Positions 36,036 through 49,269 of a stretch of DNA of 64,000 nucleotides are shown one piece after another. The DNA is from Callorhinchus milii (lineage: Eukaryota). The DNA lies in assembly GCF_018977255.1 (NCBI RefSeq), contig NW_024704742.1:94924001-94988000 (forward strand), written 5' to 3'. The notes beneath the pieces are model-generated. The model ran no database searches and was not told the DNA's origin. It was given only the letters and a program-made list of their open reading frames with translations. Both the position numbers and the translations under genes were made by a program. Within the stretch, counting starts at the first letter, position 1, and the number at the start of each line of letters is the position of its first letter.

Positions 36036-38220
36036 TAAACCATCCTAGAATTAATTTACCGATTGCCATTGCTTCAACAGATTGAATGTGACATCCTTGA
36101 CATTACTCCAGATCCCTTTGTAAGCCTCCCTGCTCAAATTTCCATTCGTTGAAAAATTATGCTCCACATTTTTTTCCATAGCTGTCCAAGGCACCGCTGG
36201 CTAGATCAATGTCTGCAGCTACTGGCTTTGGGTAAAACTATTTGAACACAGACAGGAGATGTTCCCACAGCACTCATCAACTGAAACATCTCAAAGGCTT
36301 TAAATTCTACCCTTCCTTAGCCTCTATAACTATTTTGGCTTAAAATTTAAGACTCCACATAAAATTGTGGAAAACTCCCAAATTCAGGATTAAGTTGGAA
36401 CCACTTTCTCACAGAACAGTTTGCAATGTATGAAAGCAGCAGCTAGTCCTAAAATACTGAAAAATGTAATGCATTTCCAAAGATTTCAAAGGGTTTTATT
36501 GTGAGACCACAATGTATTCTCACAATAAATGCTTTATTTAATTTATGCACTTATATGCAAATGGGTCCTTTCAAATATTAACCTTTCACTTTGCCTTTTA
36601 TGACAAGTTAGTCACCATCAACACATTGAATTTAAATACATTTTCAGCACGTGATTAGTAGAATCACAGAAATTTACAGCACCGAAGAAGGCCATTGTGT
36701 TTGTGTTGGCTCTTTGAAAGGGAAATCCATTCAATCCCATTTGAGGTATATTTCCAAGTTGTAGTGGTAACGTGGATGTTCTGTTTTCAATTACAGTCAT
36801 AGTGTGACTCCTTTGTAAGGTTGATCACCTCATTTGAAACCACATCTTGCAGCAAAGGAATACTTTGTGGTGAAAAGTTGGATGCAAAAGGATGATCTCC
36901 TTCCATGCTTGGTGTTGATGATCACAAGGAAATCTGTTCAGTATTGAAGGATTCACTTTCAGCTTCTCTCTGATCTATGCGGTTTTTTCTCTCCCGAGCC
37001 ATGGTCTCCTCGACAGATTTGTTTCCTGATGCCATTTGAATGGAGGAACCAAGATGACAATGCTGAAATCTTTGGAATTAGCTCCTCACTGCCAAAAGCC
37101 CCTAGCCAAAGACTGATGCATATTTTTTCTTCTCCTTTGATTTAAGCACGAGTGGCACAAGCTCCAGCGGTTGGTGTCATAGGTACAGCACAATTAAAGA
37201 CTTTCATTTTTTTTATTTTGACACCGTTCCCAAGAGTTGTTGCAATTTGGTGTCTAGGTTTTGGCTTTGCATCATGTAACGTTTGTGTGATGTATGCTAA
37301 CATTTGAGCTTGTCTGAGCTTCAGATTCTGTTCTTGAGTCCCTTGGTTGTAAGCAACAGTTCTGCATGTGAATGCGTCGATCAGAACAAAAAGGTAGCCA
37401 CTGTATTAAGGACACTATTTTAATACAAATCTTGTCATGACACATACAAAGTCCTCCATTCTTCATATCTTGTTATTGTATGAGTGTTTAGTGGAATGTG
37501 CGATATCAGCTGCCTCCTGTTTCTCTAATAAGCTACGAAAATAGAAATTAATTCTATTCCTTATATATTTGGCCTCGGAGGTCAGCAATTCTGCAAATCT
37601 ATGAAATCTGTCAGAAATGGACCTTCTGTAAGTGTAGCAAGCTAAAAGTAACTCTACTTTAAGCTTAGCATGCTCAAATAACACACCGTAAATGTGCATC
37701 ACATAAAAAGAAGCTTTTGAGAATACAATTTTCAGAATCCCTTCTCTATGATGTAATTGGTTAGTGTCTTTTTCTCTGCTTATGTTACTGTTTTGTGTAA
37801 ATATATACATAGAGCACTTATACCCCAGTATTTTGTGATTTTTAGGTAAGTCAAATGTCAGCAAGAATGTATGGAAAACGATCAATATTAAAGGGTATGG
37901 GGAAGAAGTAGGTAATTGGGATAAGAGCAGTTAGCTCCAAGGGAGTAGCTGGCACCAACATAAACTCAATGGATTGAATGGCGTCCTTCTGTGCTGTATG
38001 ATTCTAACAAGAAAATTATATTTTAATCCATAGACCTTTCCACAGACTATATGGTTTGCTCTATCACAGCTACGGCCAATGTATTTCATCTCCTGGGAGA
38101 ATTGTCTGCATAAAATACCTTTGACCCTGTCTGCACCTACAGCCCCGCCCCCCCATATTGATCAAGCAAAACTCTTTTATCAATACTAGCCGTTCACTCC
38201 ATGTGACAGTAAATACTTAC

Positions 38221-38312
38221 AGCAATGCTATCTTCCTTTTTTTCAGTGACGGGTGGATTGTCTGAAGGCATTTCGCTAGTACCTGAAGACGGTTCAGCAC
38301 TGTAATAATCTA
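38221..38312 (-). CDS. NTRK2: TrkB-type stalk exon (92 nt, or 89 nt with the second AG)
   Basis: cag/tag tandem acceptor, gtaagt donor, phase 1-0. (V)DYYSAEPSSGTSEMPSDNPPVTEKKEDSIA, ending like non-mammalian TrkB EDSIT. Confidence 0.85.
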
Positions 38313-39003
38313 CTGGTGAGACACAAAATATTTGTAACCTGTTGTTAATGTGTTTCACCAACGAAAAGAGCTGAGCTCATACAACCATATGCTCCTGAGG
38401 TCATTATAAAACTGCACCAACCTCTCTCTAGGATGATACATATGCAATTGTTTTTGCTGCTTTAAAAATATTGAACTGAAAACTTTATGCTTTCCACCAA
38501 AAATATGTAGGCTTTTAACAACTGTTTTTAAAAAGTTACTTCTGATCCAAAATGTAGATTGAGGATTGCAGTGTGGAAGTTGTTAACATGCAATTAAAAC
38601 AAGCCCTAACAGTGATCAGCAATTCATCACTAAAGGCTGGTAAGTACTGCACTGAGTTGCTTTCCTGATAAAAACCTGTTAAAGATGGGGACTTAGATGG
38701 AGGTAAGGATTCCTCCTTATCTCAGTCAGATGGTTAAACAACCACTCATGATATTTGAGAAGCTGCAGATTGTGATAGGGCAGAGGGCTGCTGGACCTCA
38801 CTTGAGGAAGACAAAGCAAGGACAACAGCCCTCTGCTCTATCACTCAGATATCATTATTTAGCATGAATTTCCCTGGCCCAGCCTGTGCAATATCTCACA
38901 GAATGGCAGCAGATATCCATTAACTCTGATTGAGAGTTACATGAAGCAGCACAGGTGCCTGGGTGTGATGAATTTTTGGAGTTACTGTCCTTCAGAGCAG
39001 ATA

Positions 39004-39320
39004 TAATAATAATAATAATCCTTGCATTTGATATAGCGCTTTTCATGTCAGGAGGACATCCCAAAGCGCTTCACAGAACACACTGTAAAGTGAATTGACT
39101 GTATATTTGTGGGCGAACGCGGCAGCCAATTGCGCACAGCAATGTCCCACAAACAGTCGTAGATTGAAAATGACCAATTTATTATTGTTTTTGGTTTTGG
39201 AGGGATTATTATTAGGCGTGTGGAGTAAGGAAACTTGCCCAAGGTTTCGCCCTGCCTGGAATTGAACTCAGGTCTCTCGCTTGCAAAGCGAGTGCTCTAA
39301 CCACTGAGCTACAGGACTCC
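39004..39320 (-). mobile_element. tRNA-Ala-derived SINE, young short form
   Basis: Reverse complement of 40378-40707 with few differences. Confidence 0.92.
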
Positions 39321-39769
39321 ACATGAGGTACCATTTGCCGGTTCAAGTGAACGTTAAATAACCCATTCATAGAATCATAGAATTATACAACACTGAAGGA
39401 GACCATTCGGCCCATCGTATCTGTATCTGTAGTTTTAAAAGAGCTGTCCAAATCAATCCCACTCCCCTGCTCTCTCCCATAGCCCTGCAAACTTGTCCTC
39501 CCCAAATAATTATCTAGCACTACTCGAAATGAGAGGGAAGTTTCTCCCAGTATCTTGGCCACAATCCTAGCCAGATGAGGTTGGCCGATCACTTCATAGC
39601 TCTTTGTGAGACATTGCTGTGTCAGGTTGACCACCACATTTGCCTACAGAGTGCATGGTCACGACACTTTACAGTGAATCCTGTGAAGCACTTTGAGACA
39701 TCCTCCTGACGTGAGAGGTGCTATATCAAATGTGAGGATTATTATGTGAATATAAATTGCATTACTTAC

Positions 39770-39799
39770 CATAAAAGTCAGGGTCCACTGGTTCATTGC
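39770..39799 (-). CDS. NTRK2: TrkB-type stalk micro-exon (30 nt)
   Basis: tgtttgttttgatttag acceptor, gtaagt donor, symmetric phase 1-1. (G)NEPVDPDFY; positional equivalent of the short TrkB extracellular juxtamembrane exon. Confidence 0.8.
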
Positions 39800-40377
39800 C
39801 TAAATCAAAACAAACACAGTCAATTAAATACAGATATTTATTACATTGATTTTCTTCTTTAAAGTTTAACATTTTAACCATTTTAACTTAGTTTTTATTG
39901 TGAGTGAAAAAGTACAGTGATCCAGTTTCTGCTAATGCAGCATGATGGAAATTTATTTCAACAAATCTGCACATTTGCAGTTATAATTTTGGCCTTTTAG
40001 TTGTATTTTGTTTCTTTATCTCTTCATGAAAACGTATTAGTTTCTGTGGAGTTTTCTGGTTTCAGATATTTTCACGACTGAACCTGTGGTAGTTTGTTCA
40101 TAAGTGTTGGTGAGTTGCCAACTTTCATAACACAGAACAAGTCAGCTTTATATTTTTACATTTATTTTTAAACTGTCTATCTCTTTTCATAAGTTCTGAG
40201 AATGAGTGGAACCACCTGGAATACAGAGAACAGGGATAAAATGTATGCCGTATAATATGGTAATAACAATCACAAAGAACTCCTCCTTCTCCGCAACTCC
40301 TCACCATTCCCTGCATCCCACACTTACTTCTTAAGTATCACAAGGAACAGGTCATCAAACAACATATGCTTAACTTT

Positions 40378-40678
40378 GGAGTCCTGTAGCTCAGTGGTTA
40401 GAGCACTCGCTTTGCAAGCGAGAGACCTGAGTTCAATTCCAGGCAGGGCGAAACCTTGGGCAAGTTTCCTTACTCCACACGCCTAACAATAATCCCTCCA
40501 AAACCAAAAACAATAATAAATTGGTCATTTTCAATCTACAACTGTTTGTGGGACATTGCTGTGCGCAATTGGCTGCCGCGTTCTCCCACAAATATACAGT
40601 CAATTCACTTTACAGTGTGTTCTGTGAAGCGCTTTGGGACGTTCTCCCGACGTGAAAAGCGCTATATCAAATGCAAGG

Positions 40679-40707
<29 letters not shown>
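40378..40707 (+). mobile_element. tRNA-Ala-derived SINE, young short form
   Basis: Intact A/B boxes, TGC anticodon arm, long (ATT)n tail. Confidence 0.92.
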
Positions 40708-40709
<2 letters not shown>

Positions 40710-41347
40710 GATTGGTTTTCTTCATTCTCAGAATCTGTTCCTTGTGATAACTGTTATAAAAGGGACATGTTAGATGCCTCAGACTTATTCGTTAGCTACC
40801 ACTGGTGTAAATTTACAAGGCGAAAAGCACAGCTCACTGCACTGCTCCAAAAGCCGCTATTTACCACATTGTGTGACTTAGATCATTTCTTGACCCAACA
40901 CAATCTTCCTTTCATTCCTCTCATCAAATGCAAAAACTGTGTTTAAGGGGTACCTTCCTCTTCTGATCAGGTTTGAATTTGCACTCTTATTTCTCTACAT
41001 CTGTAACTGTTCATTGTGTCCCTCTGTTGCTTCATAATACCAATTCATGCTTTGATATGATGGACAATAATAGTCATCTCTCTATGTGGTATAGCGCCAA
41101 AAATGCTAAAACATCTCAAAGCATTTCACAGAGTTTATTGTAAAGTGTAGTGTTTGTGTATTTGTAGACTAACTGGCAACCAATTTGCAAATAAGATGGG
41201 TGGTCATGACAGTGGGAGAAATTCCCTTCCTTTTTCAAATAGATCTCTATGTCCACCTGAACAGGCTAATATGCTCATTACATGCTTTTAACAAACTGCA
41301 TTGAAACTACTTTCAAAAAATAGAATGTGTGATAACAAAACACCCAC

Positions 41348-41644
41348 CTAGAGGATGGAGCATAAAGTGAGCTGATATTGTACGCTCATCCTGTCCAAGG
41401 TCATTGTTTATGTACAGAGTGTAGTTCCCATTGTTCAGATGGGTTGGATTGTCCAACTGCAGGCAACCGTGTAGCTCACTGAAGTTCTCTTCGTGAATCT
41501 GTGTCAGTATGAAATCCGTCTCGTTCAGGAGATGATTGTTGTGGTACCATTGAATGGTGGGTGGAGGATTTCCCATCACACTGAATGGAATGCACCAGTG
41601 GTGGTCTGAGATGGCCTGACCTAAAAGTGTTATCCTCGGAGGAA
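41348..41644 (-). CDS. NTRK2: TrkB-type receptor exon, ligand-binding Ig-C2/D5 domain (297 nt)
   Basis: cag acceptor after a T-tract, gtgggt donor, phase 1-1. Contains [28 protein letters not shown] and ISAHFM, which are TrkB-type motifs. Confidence 0.96.
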
Positions 41645-41909
41645 CTGGAAAAAAAACAGAAAAATCTCAGTTAAACTGAAAGGTTTACAGAAAGTGCTCA
41701 AAGTTACACTATTCGGTTATTTGCAATTTATGTCATATGAATTTTTCTAAGTTGAGCTGCTTTCAGCCGAGCAGGAGTTAGTGCATTACAGTTAGCCTCC
41801 TGGATTAGAGAAGAGAAGAATCAACCAGGATTCTCACTCATAATTACTATCCAGTCACTGCTATTGAAAATGAGTCTGTGCGTGTATATGTATGTAGACA
41901 TAAAGTGAC

Positions 41910-42570
41910 TGGAGCAACTGGGACTTTTTCCATTGAAACAAGAAGGTTGAGGAGTGACCTAACAAGAGTTCTTTAAAATTATGAAGGGGTTCAACAGAGG
42001 CTATTGTAGGAGTCCTGTAGCTCAGTGGTTAGACCACTCCCTCGCAGGCGAGAGACCTGGGTTTGATTACTGGCAGGGCGAAATCTTGGGCAAGTTTCCT
42101 TACTCCACACGCCTGATAATAATCCCTCAAGAAAAAAAACACAATAATAAATTGGTCACTTCAATCCACGACTGTTTGTGGGACACTGTTGTGCGCAATT
42201 GACTGCCACGTTTCACCCATAAATATGCAGTCAATTCACTTTACAGTATATTCTGTGAAGCACTTTGAGATGTCTAGAAGACGTGAAAAGTGCTGTATCA
42301 AATGCAAGGATTATTATTATTTGTAGTAGTATTGGCCCAATGGGGAGAAATTATTTCCACCGGTTGGTGAGTCAGTGACTAGAGGGCATCAAACTAGTTA
42401 GCAAACGAGCAAATGGGGAGGTTAGGAGACTTTTTTCACACGTTAGAATGTGGAATACCCTGCCTGGAGTGGTGGTTGAATCAATATTTGCTTTCAAGTA
42501 GAATTAGATAGATATCTAAAAAGGAGCAAATCTACAGGGGCATGAGGAAAAGGGCAGGTAAATGGTACTG
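41910..42570 (+). mobile_element. CR1 LINE 3' ORF2 fragment (SINE-interrupted)
   Basis: LGLFSIETRRLRSDL-type CR1 C-terminal motif and the tggaat.ccctgcc segment. Confidence 0.75.
42009..42320 (+). mobile_element. tRNA-derived SINE inserted into a CR1 fragment
   Basis: Family head, body and tail; ttgtag at 42004-42009 and 42321-42326 is a likely target-site duplication. Confidence 0.88.
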
Positions 42571-42763
42571 AAAGGATTTTTTTTTGGAGTCAAGGTCTCA
42601 CTTAGTGAGATGTAAATGGTATTCCCCACTAGAGAGGCCCTTTATTGACATTTAGCACGAGTAATGGTACCACTTTCCTGAGGAGCATTTGTTCCAAATA
42701 TCTTCCCCCCTTTGAGTGTGGTTGACAATATAAAGAAAAATAAGCATAACAACACATCCTTAC

Positions 42764-42899
42764 AGAGCACAGTTAGGTTTACAAAGGCCTTTGATTCCCC
42801 CACTATGTTCTCTGCAATACAGATGAGCTGCTGGGCATTATCCTCTCCAGACACTTGGGTGAGTTTCAATATAACTGGTGGTTTCGAAGGTTCTGTTGT
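42764..42899 (-). CDS. NTRK2: TrkB-type receptor exon, Ig-C1 second half (136 nt)
   Basis: cag acceptor, gtaagg donor, phase 0-1. TTEPSKPPVILKLTQVSGEDNAQQLICIAENIVGESKAFVNLTVL (CxAENxVG motif). Confidence 0.92.
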
Positions 42900-43754
42900 C
42901 TGTAACGAGAAACAGGCAATAGTCACTGGATTAGCAACACCGCGTTGATTAAAGATCAGTTCACTAAAGCTTTTCAGCATGACTTGCCTAGTTAACTGAA
43001 CATGAATATCATCCAATATCAACAATTTTCAATAATAAATTATGATGTAATGGAAAGAGGTTACAGACCAGAAGCTGGAATCCATGTCTATTTTGCCAAT
43101 CTTAGCCAGGGTTTCATGGGGACAGCCTATTGACATTTAGTGTCCTGGCAATCAAATGGGTGAAGTCTTTTCAATGGTATCACAAGATCAGGTCGGATGA
43201 AGAAGGCTCTTCGGGCCCATCTGATCTCATCGCTTCAGAATATCCATGCAACTGGCTCCCATCACAGCATCAAAGCTGCTTTTTAAATTAGTCCAATGTT
43301 CTGGTCTCTACCATCTTTCCTAGCAACCTGTTCCAGTCATTAATTGTCCCCTGATTAAAGAAAAAACTTCCTGGTGTCTGTCCTGAAGTTGCTCTTTGCA
43401 ACTCTAAACCTATATCCCTCTGTTCTACTGTCGTCGTGCATCATAAAGTATTATTCTGGGTTTATTTTTTCAGCCCCATTTAAAATTGCATATACCTTCA
43501 TGAGGTCCCCTTTGTGTCAATTTCTCTCAAGACTGAGTATGCATTAGCCACTAATTTTAGGAAAATGGTGAAAGGGGTGAGAGTAAATTATTGGAAGAGA
43601 AAATGTTTATTTTTCTGTTAAAAAAAGAACTCTAGAATGAGATCATAATAGAGCACAGATGTTTCCCTTTTAAATAATTTGTCACAGTCTAATAAATAGA
43701 AGTAGAGGGAAAAGCCTAGAAATCCTGGCGGGTATGCAAATGTAATAGTCTTAC

Positions 43755-43891
43755 CTGGTAGGCGGACATGAGGTTGTGTTCTTTCCAGAAGATGGTTGGA
43801 GCTGGTAATCCGTTGCTGGTACACCCCACCACAAGTTCCCCACCTTCATTCAAAGTGATGTTGGAAGCGTTCACAGCAGCTTTAGGCAACT
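43755..43891 (-). CDS. NTRK2: TrkB-type receptor exon, Ig-C1 first half (137 nt)
   Basis: cag acceptor, gtaaga donor, phase 1-0. ELPKAAVNASNITLNEGGELVVGCTSNGLPAPTIFWKEHNLMSAYQ. Confidence 0.92.
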
Positions 43892-44499
43892 CTGAAACAA
43901 TGCCAGGCGAACAGTATAAGATGTACATTGAGTATTGGGCAGTAAGTACCATAGATTTCAATGCTCAAATTCAATTCAGAATAGTTTGCTGATAGCCAAA
44001 TCTTAATCTGTCACTGGGAAATCTACATGCCCCTCCCACCCCCAGTATTTCTCCTGTGACTTGTTGTGTATGTTACTGTTGAAATTGATAGAAAATCGGA
44101 GTACACGGTCTTGACGCTTCATAGTAAATCCCATGACTCACTTTAAAACATACTCTTGACATGAAAGGTGCTTTATTAAATACAAGGAGTATTATTATTA
44201 TTAATAACTATAAAATGTGTCCAAATGTTCGAGAAAGGTTGCGTATATTCCATTTAATTCAATTTCAATGGTATGAAAAGTAAGTTTGGTTTTTACTTAA
44301 TTTATTTTATTTTCTGGCATGCATAGATTCAACCACCAACGCCCCACAAACCCCCATCAGAAATTCTAAACATATCCCCTGTAAATAAAGTGTAGGAAAA
44401 TAATTCCAGTATTAACTGTGGCATCATGTTACATTTGACTGGCATTAAATAATAACTACAAAAACGTTGCACATTGATGTTAGGAAACACAGTTAAGAA

Positions 44500-44747
44500 T
44501 AGTTGTAAAGAGAGAAATTCCACCTAGACCTAGATTTGCTCAATTTTTTTAGCATTTTGAAGCATTCAGACATTTGCAAATATTTAACTACAATCTTTCA
44601 TTTTGAAGCCGTTTTTCTGTAAGTTCTTTTAAGAACTGTAGAAAACCGGCTTCAAAGTTAAAGCTGAATTTAACAATTTGCAAAATTCTGAAATTCTACA
44701 TAAAATAAATCTAGACCTGGGTGGAAGGTTTCAAATCTTTTCAACTT
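44500..44747. mobile_element. Foldback/MITE-like palindromic element
   Basis: Arms ttccacctagacctagattt / aaatctagacctgggtggaa and tttgaagccgttttt / aaaaccggcttcaaa around the centre gttcttttaagaac. Confidence 0.75.
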
Positions 44748-47700
44748 TCCTGAATGCTTGATTTTTGTCTCAAGCATTTGTGCCTTTTTAAAAAAATACA
44801 CATATACAATATTTTCCTATAGGTATGTTGGCAGGATTGTGCAGGATCCTATCAGAAAAAGATAAGACTTTTTGCTGTATAGAAATGTCTAAGTATTGAC
44901 ATCAAAAGTGAACAGGAACAATTGCAGGAGAATTCATTTTAGCAAAAAGATGACAGGCAAACTTTACCACAGATAGTGATTCAAAGAACTATATAGAATT
45001 TCCAGAAAGGAAACCTTTCTGTGTTTCCAAAAAAAACATTCTTTGGTTGAAATGTTAAACTGAGGTCCTGTCTTAAGGTAGATGTTAAAGATCCCGTGGC
45101 ACTATTCAAAAAAAGTAGAGTTTCTCACAGGGAAGATAAAATTGATCGTTCATTTCATGGTTATTTGTAGAGCATTGCAGTGTGCAAATTTGTTGTCTTA
45201 TTTGCTTACAAATACACAGTTGCTGCACTTCAGAGTAAATATCCTGCAAAGACATTGAGTTGTTCCGATGATGTAATAAGGCACATTATCAAATACAAGG
45301 ATGATTATTATAACTAAATTACAGGACATGCCCATTGGATTAATTGGCATCAAAAAGCCTTTGTCATAATATTTTATTAACGGGAGTTGACGATATATTG
45401 CTCAGTGTCCAGTTTCTTAATTACTATCTGCTGCATTTGTTTTATTGAGAAACCCAGTTGAAGTGCCAAGGCCATAAAGTAGGAAACCAAAAAGGTTAAG
45501 AAATAGAAGGTGACATTAAATAATTCTGGAAGAAGCGTTTAGGCTGAAGTATTTGATTTTGAAAGCTTGCAAACTGTTTAAGGAAAGACCAAATCAGGTA
45601 AAGATTGCTTTGAATCTGGGGAGAGAGTGCATGTGGAGCAGAAGATGGTAAGTTTAGTCTTGATTTCAATAACATGGAGGAGATGCTGCTAAGTGGAGGA
45701 ACATATTTGAAGTTTTGGAGGAGCAATATGCAGAGAGGTATCAAGAAAATAGAGAAAGAGAAGAAAGGTTATAATGAAGGCTGGGGATGCAAGGGTCACC
45801 TACCAGATGACATGTTTTCTTATATCCTTTACAGTAGTGCAAAGTAGTCTTGGAAACATGTCCCACAAGATAGGATTGCACTTTAAAATGTTAAGACTTG
45901 TTTTTTTAAAGGAATGTAAGTCTTTGACCTGAAACCAAGCTTCTTGGAGACAACTTTAGCAACGGAGATGTGTGAGTTTCACCTGAAGTCAGAGCAAGAT
46001 TATAAACTAATGATGATTGACAAACAGAGTCCTTTTTGTGACACCAATTGTGACAATTTAATATATTGGTTTTGAATTGCTTGGTGGACCCATAGTCATT
46101 TTGTTCTAAATTGTAACTTTAGCCATTGGTAGCATTTAGTGGACACATGTGGATACACAAATGTTGTGGTACCACATCTGGACAATCATACAGCAAGCAC
46201 TATACACTGACAGTTATTTTCACCTCAGTGTCAGTTCCTATGTAGCACAGAGGAAATGTAATGAAAATCTCATTTCAAGCAAACATTGCTGCCGTTTAAG
46301 ACCAATGGAAAATCAGGTGCTCTTGCCTGGCAATCAAAGAATCACCCTTTCATTACCTTCATAAAGGTGTCATGGACAAATGTAACCCTGGTCCTGCACC
46401 TCCTTTCCTTCTCTTTCAATACCGTTTATTTATTACTCGACACCTGGTGTATTCATTGAAGAATATTTTTCAACATATTGGAAAACCATTGCAATCTGGC
46501 ATGGCACAAGGCAATAAGGAGCCAAGCTGATGCCAAGTTTTCTATCCATTAAAGAAAACTTAGACTTCAAGTCACCTTAGAACAGTTTTAACTATTTTCT
46601 CGTGACCAAGTACAAAGGAGAACAGCCAGAGGCCTGGGAGCAGTCTCCTGGCATCTCTCTCAAAGTCAGGGTAATGGTCCAGCGCCAAGAAGATAGGAAA
46701 GAACAGAAAATTAACTTAGAAATAAAAACAAACAAAAAAGAAAGGACAGACCCAACAGCAACAATATTGATTTCCATGGCAACAATATTTGATTGTTTTT
46801 CTATTGAAAACATCAGTCTTAGGCAGCTGCATGTATTAACTAAAAAAAAGTGGACAATAGAATGTCAAATTCTTTTAAATTCTCAACTCTTGCACAATGC
46901 AGTTCATATTAATACAATCTCAGAATAATTAAGTCTCAGAAAATCTTCAGCTGATGTATACATTTATTTCACATCAAATATTTACTCTATAAAGATGAAT
47001 TTTGTGGGATTTGACAAAGCATTCCTTCTGCTAATTATCACAAGGAATGTGCTCTGAAACATCACAACTGCATAATATCAGAAGCTGACAGAAAACCATT
47101 TGAGGGAGATGTTATCTGGCAATAAGGGGTTTGCTTAGTCTCGATGCCACAATAGATATTAATACCCTCAAACTAACTGTAATGTCAACCCTTGATCAGC
47201 ATAGACATGTTCAAGCACACACTCCACATAGCAACGTGCAGATCACCAATTCATGATAGCATCTGGGACATAACTGGAGACAGCATCAAGACACATCTGT
47301 GCAACCCTGTTTGTATTGAAATAGGAGTGGACCAGGAAAAGGAGCACAACAAGTTAATTCATTCTCTGTTGATATAAGACATCCATGACTAGATCAGCTG
47401 TAAAAACATCTGCCAATCTAACCTCGATAAGGAATAGAACTCACTTAAGGTGCAGGTGGTGAATCAGTGCTAGTTTAAAGCATTGGATCTCAGTACAAAT
47501 GAAGCATCTGCTTGACCTGATTCAGAGATGTTCGACCTCTTCAATTAAAAAGGCTATAAGAACTAATTCACTTTCATCCTCGCAAACGCGCCCAATGCAG
47601 TCACGTGCAAGAGGATCATGCACAATGAACAGCAATAAGTAGAAGGAAATGAGATGGCTGTGCTGAGTTCCGAACAATGAGTTTAGTTAATTAATCTAAT

Positions 47701-48799
47701 AAAGCCGGCACTTAAATCATGTCAAACAGCTCCAGTCAACAAAAGCATTCAGCGACCACTGTTGAGGTAGCAGATCAGAGGATAAAAAATTAATAGAGCT
47801 GACTGCAGTAGAAGCGAAATATTATTCAGAAGTGAAATAATATTATCCAGAACTTTTTTCTAGGGGGGGAAGGAAATGTTGAATTAAATCTAGCAAAAAA
47901 TTGTTCTGGTGAATAAAAGCAGAATAGATGTGGATTACACATAAATTAACGTGTTGATGGTTTTACAAGCTGCATAATCGCTGCACAGAGAATTAGGTGA
48001 CAGTATATATCTTCCTAAATGTCGTCTATGGGATTCTGTGGCACAGTGACAAAGAGAAGTAAATATAAGAAGAATATATTCATGCTGTTTAATTAGTCAT
48101 TTCTTCCACAAAGTTTAATTAGATGTCCCAAAATGTAATTACAACAAACTCCTGCTGACTTAGCCGTCTCAGAGGTCGCTTTTTACCCTGCAGTTTTCTT
48201 TGCATGTGGCCCAAATGAGTAATTTACTGTTCCCTGTAGAGTGAGTGACAATGTTAGTTACACATACTTTCACTCCACATACAATCACTGTGGAGACAGA
48301 CACCTCAGCACCAAGGTACCCATGATTGGGATATTCTGATTCATTGCACCTTTATTATCAGTGCAACTGGGGTGGGGGAGGGGGGAAGAGGGTGGGAAAA
48401 GAAAAAGAGCTGTCAGAAGCTGATGGTATCAGAAAGCAACAGGCAGTAAGAATGTTAAAATTAGTGGCCTTGAGGCTCCTGCTTTTAAAGAGATATGTCT
48501 GTGGATGCTGACCTTGATTGAGTGAATGTAATTTACAGACTTAAGAGCGTGACAAGGCCTACAGAGATCCCCCAGTGAGTTATTCTCTGCTGTGGATGAG
48601 TTATTATTTTGTGGTTCAAACACACATGAATAGCACTGTTGTAAGAAAGAAATATCACAGAAACATGGCATAGCAACCAAATTTGCAGCGTTTCAGAATG
48701 CATTAAATGTCCTAATTATCACATCCACATCAAAGGCTTTGTGGATAATGCAAATTTCACTTCAAAATGGTTCAGGTTTTTCTATATTGTGCATTAATG

Positions 48800-49030
48800 T
48801 ATAAGGCTTAAAATTCCACATGGGATGTCAGACCATTTTGTCTTAAATTTTAAGATTGTACAGAAATATGGGAAAATCTTAAATTCAGTCTGGATTTGGA
48901 AGCGGTTTCTTTTTAAGAAACCAGCTTCCAAACTGGATGAATTTATGAATTGTCCACAATCCTACATGAGCTTAAATTTCAAGACAAAATCATCTTCCAG
49001 GCTAGGACTAGGTGGAATTTCAAACCTATA
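48800..49030. mobile_element. Foldback/MITE-like palindromic element
   Basis: aaattccac / gtggaattt termini, attttgtctt / aagacaaaat, centre gtttctttttaagaaac, TA at both flanks. Confidence 0.75.
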
Positions 49031-49269
49031 GTATGCAGTCTTCATTTTACTAAGCTTTTGTATTTGCCTAACAATTAAATCTTTCTAAGGAATCAGTCAT
49101 TGCTTTAAGAGTAAGTCTCACTAGAAGTCTTCAAAAGACATAATAATCCAGAAGAGATATTATTGTGGTTCTTAAAGTTCCTCCCAACCCTGAGTAGCTG
49201 CAGGCTTGTGTTCGTTTGAGCAGCTATTGTTACATTTTTAAAATAACATTTGCCACTTTAACGATGCAA

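Noticed and set aside
36495..36529. 12-bp AT-rich stem-loop carrying AATAAA on both strands
   Set aside because: Short and AT-rich, with no downstream GU-rich element to support a poly(A) site.
40381..40450. Cloverleaf-like tRNA-Ala(TGC) sequence (also at ~20992, ~39250 minus, ~50348)
   Set aside because: It is the head of a multi-copy SINE, followed directly by the SINE body and (ATT)n tail, and has an imperfect T-stem. Not called a tRNA gene.
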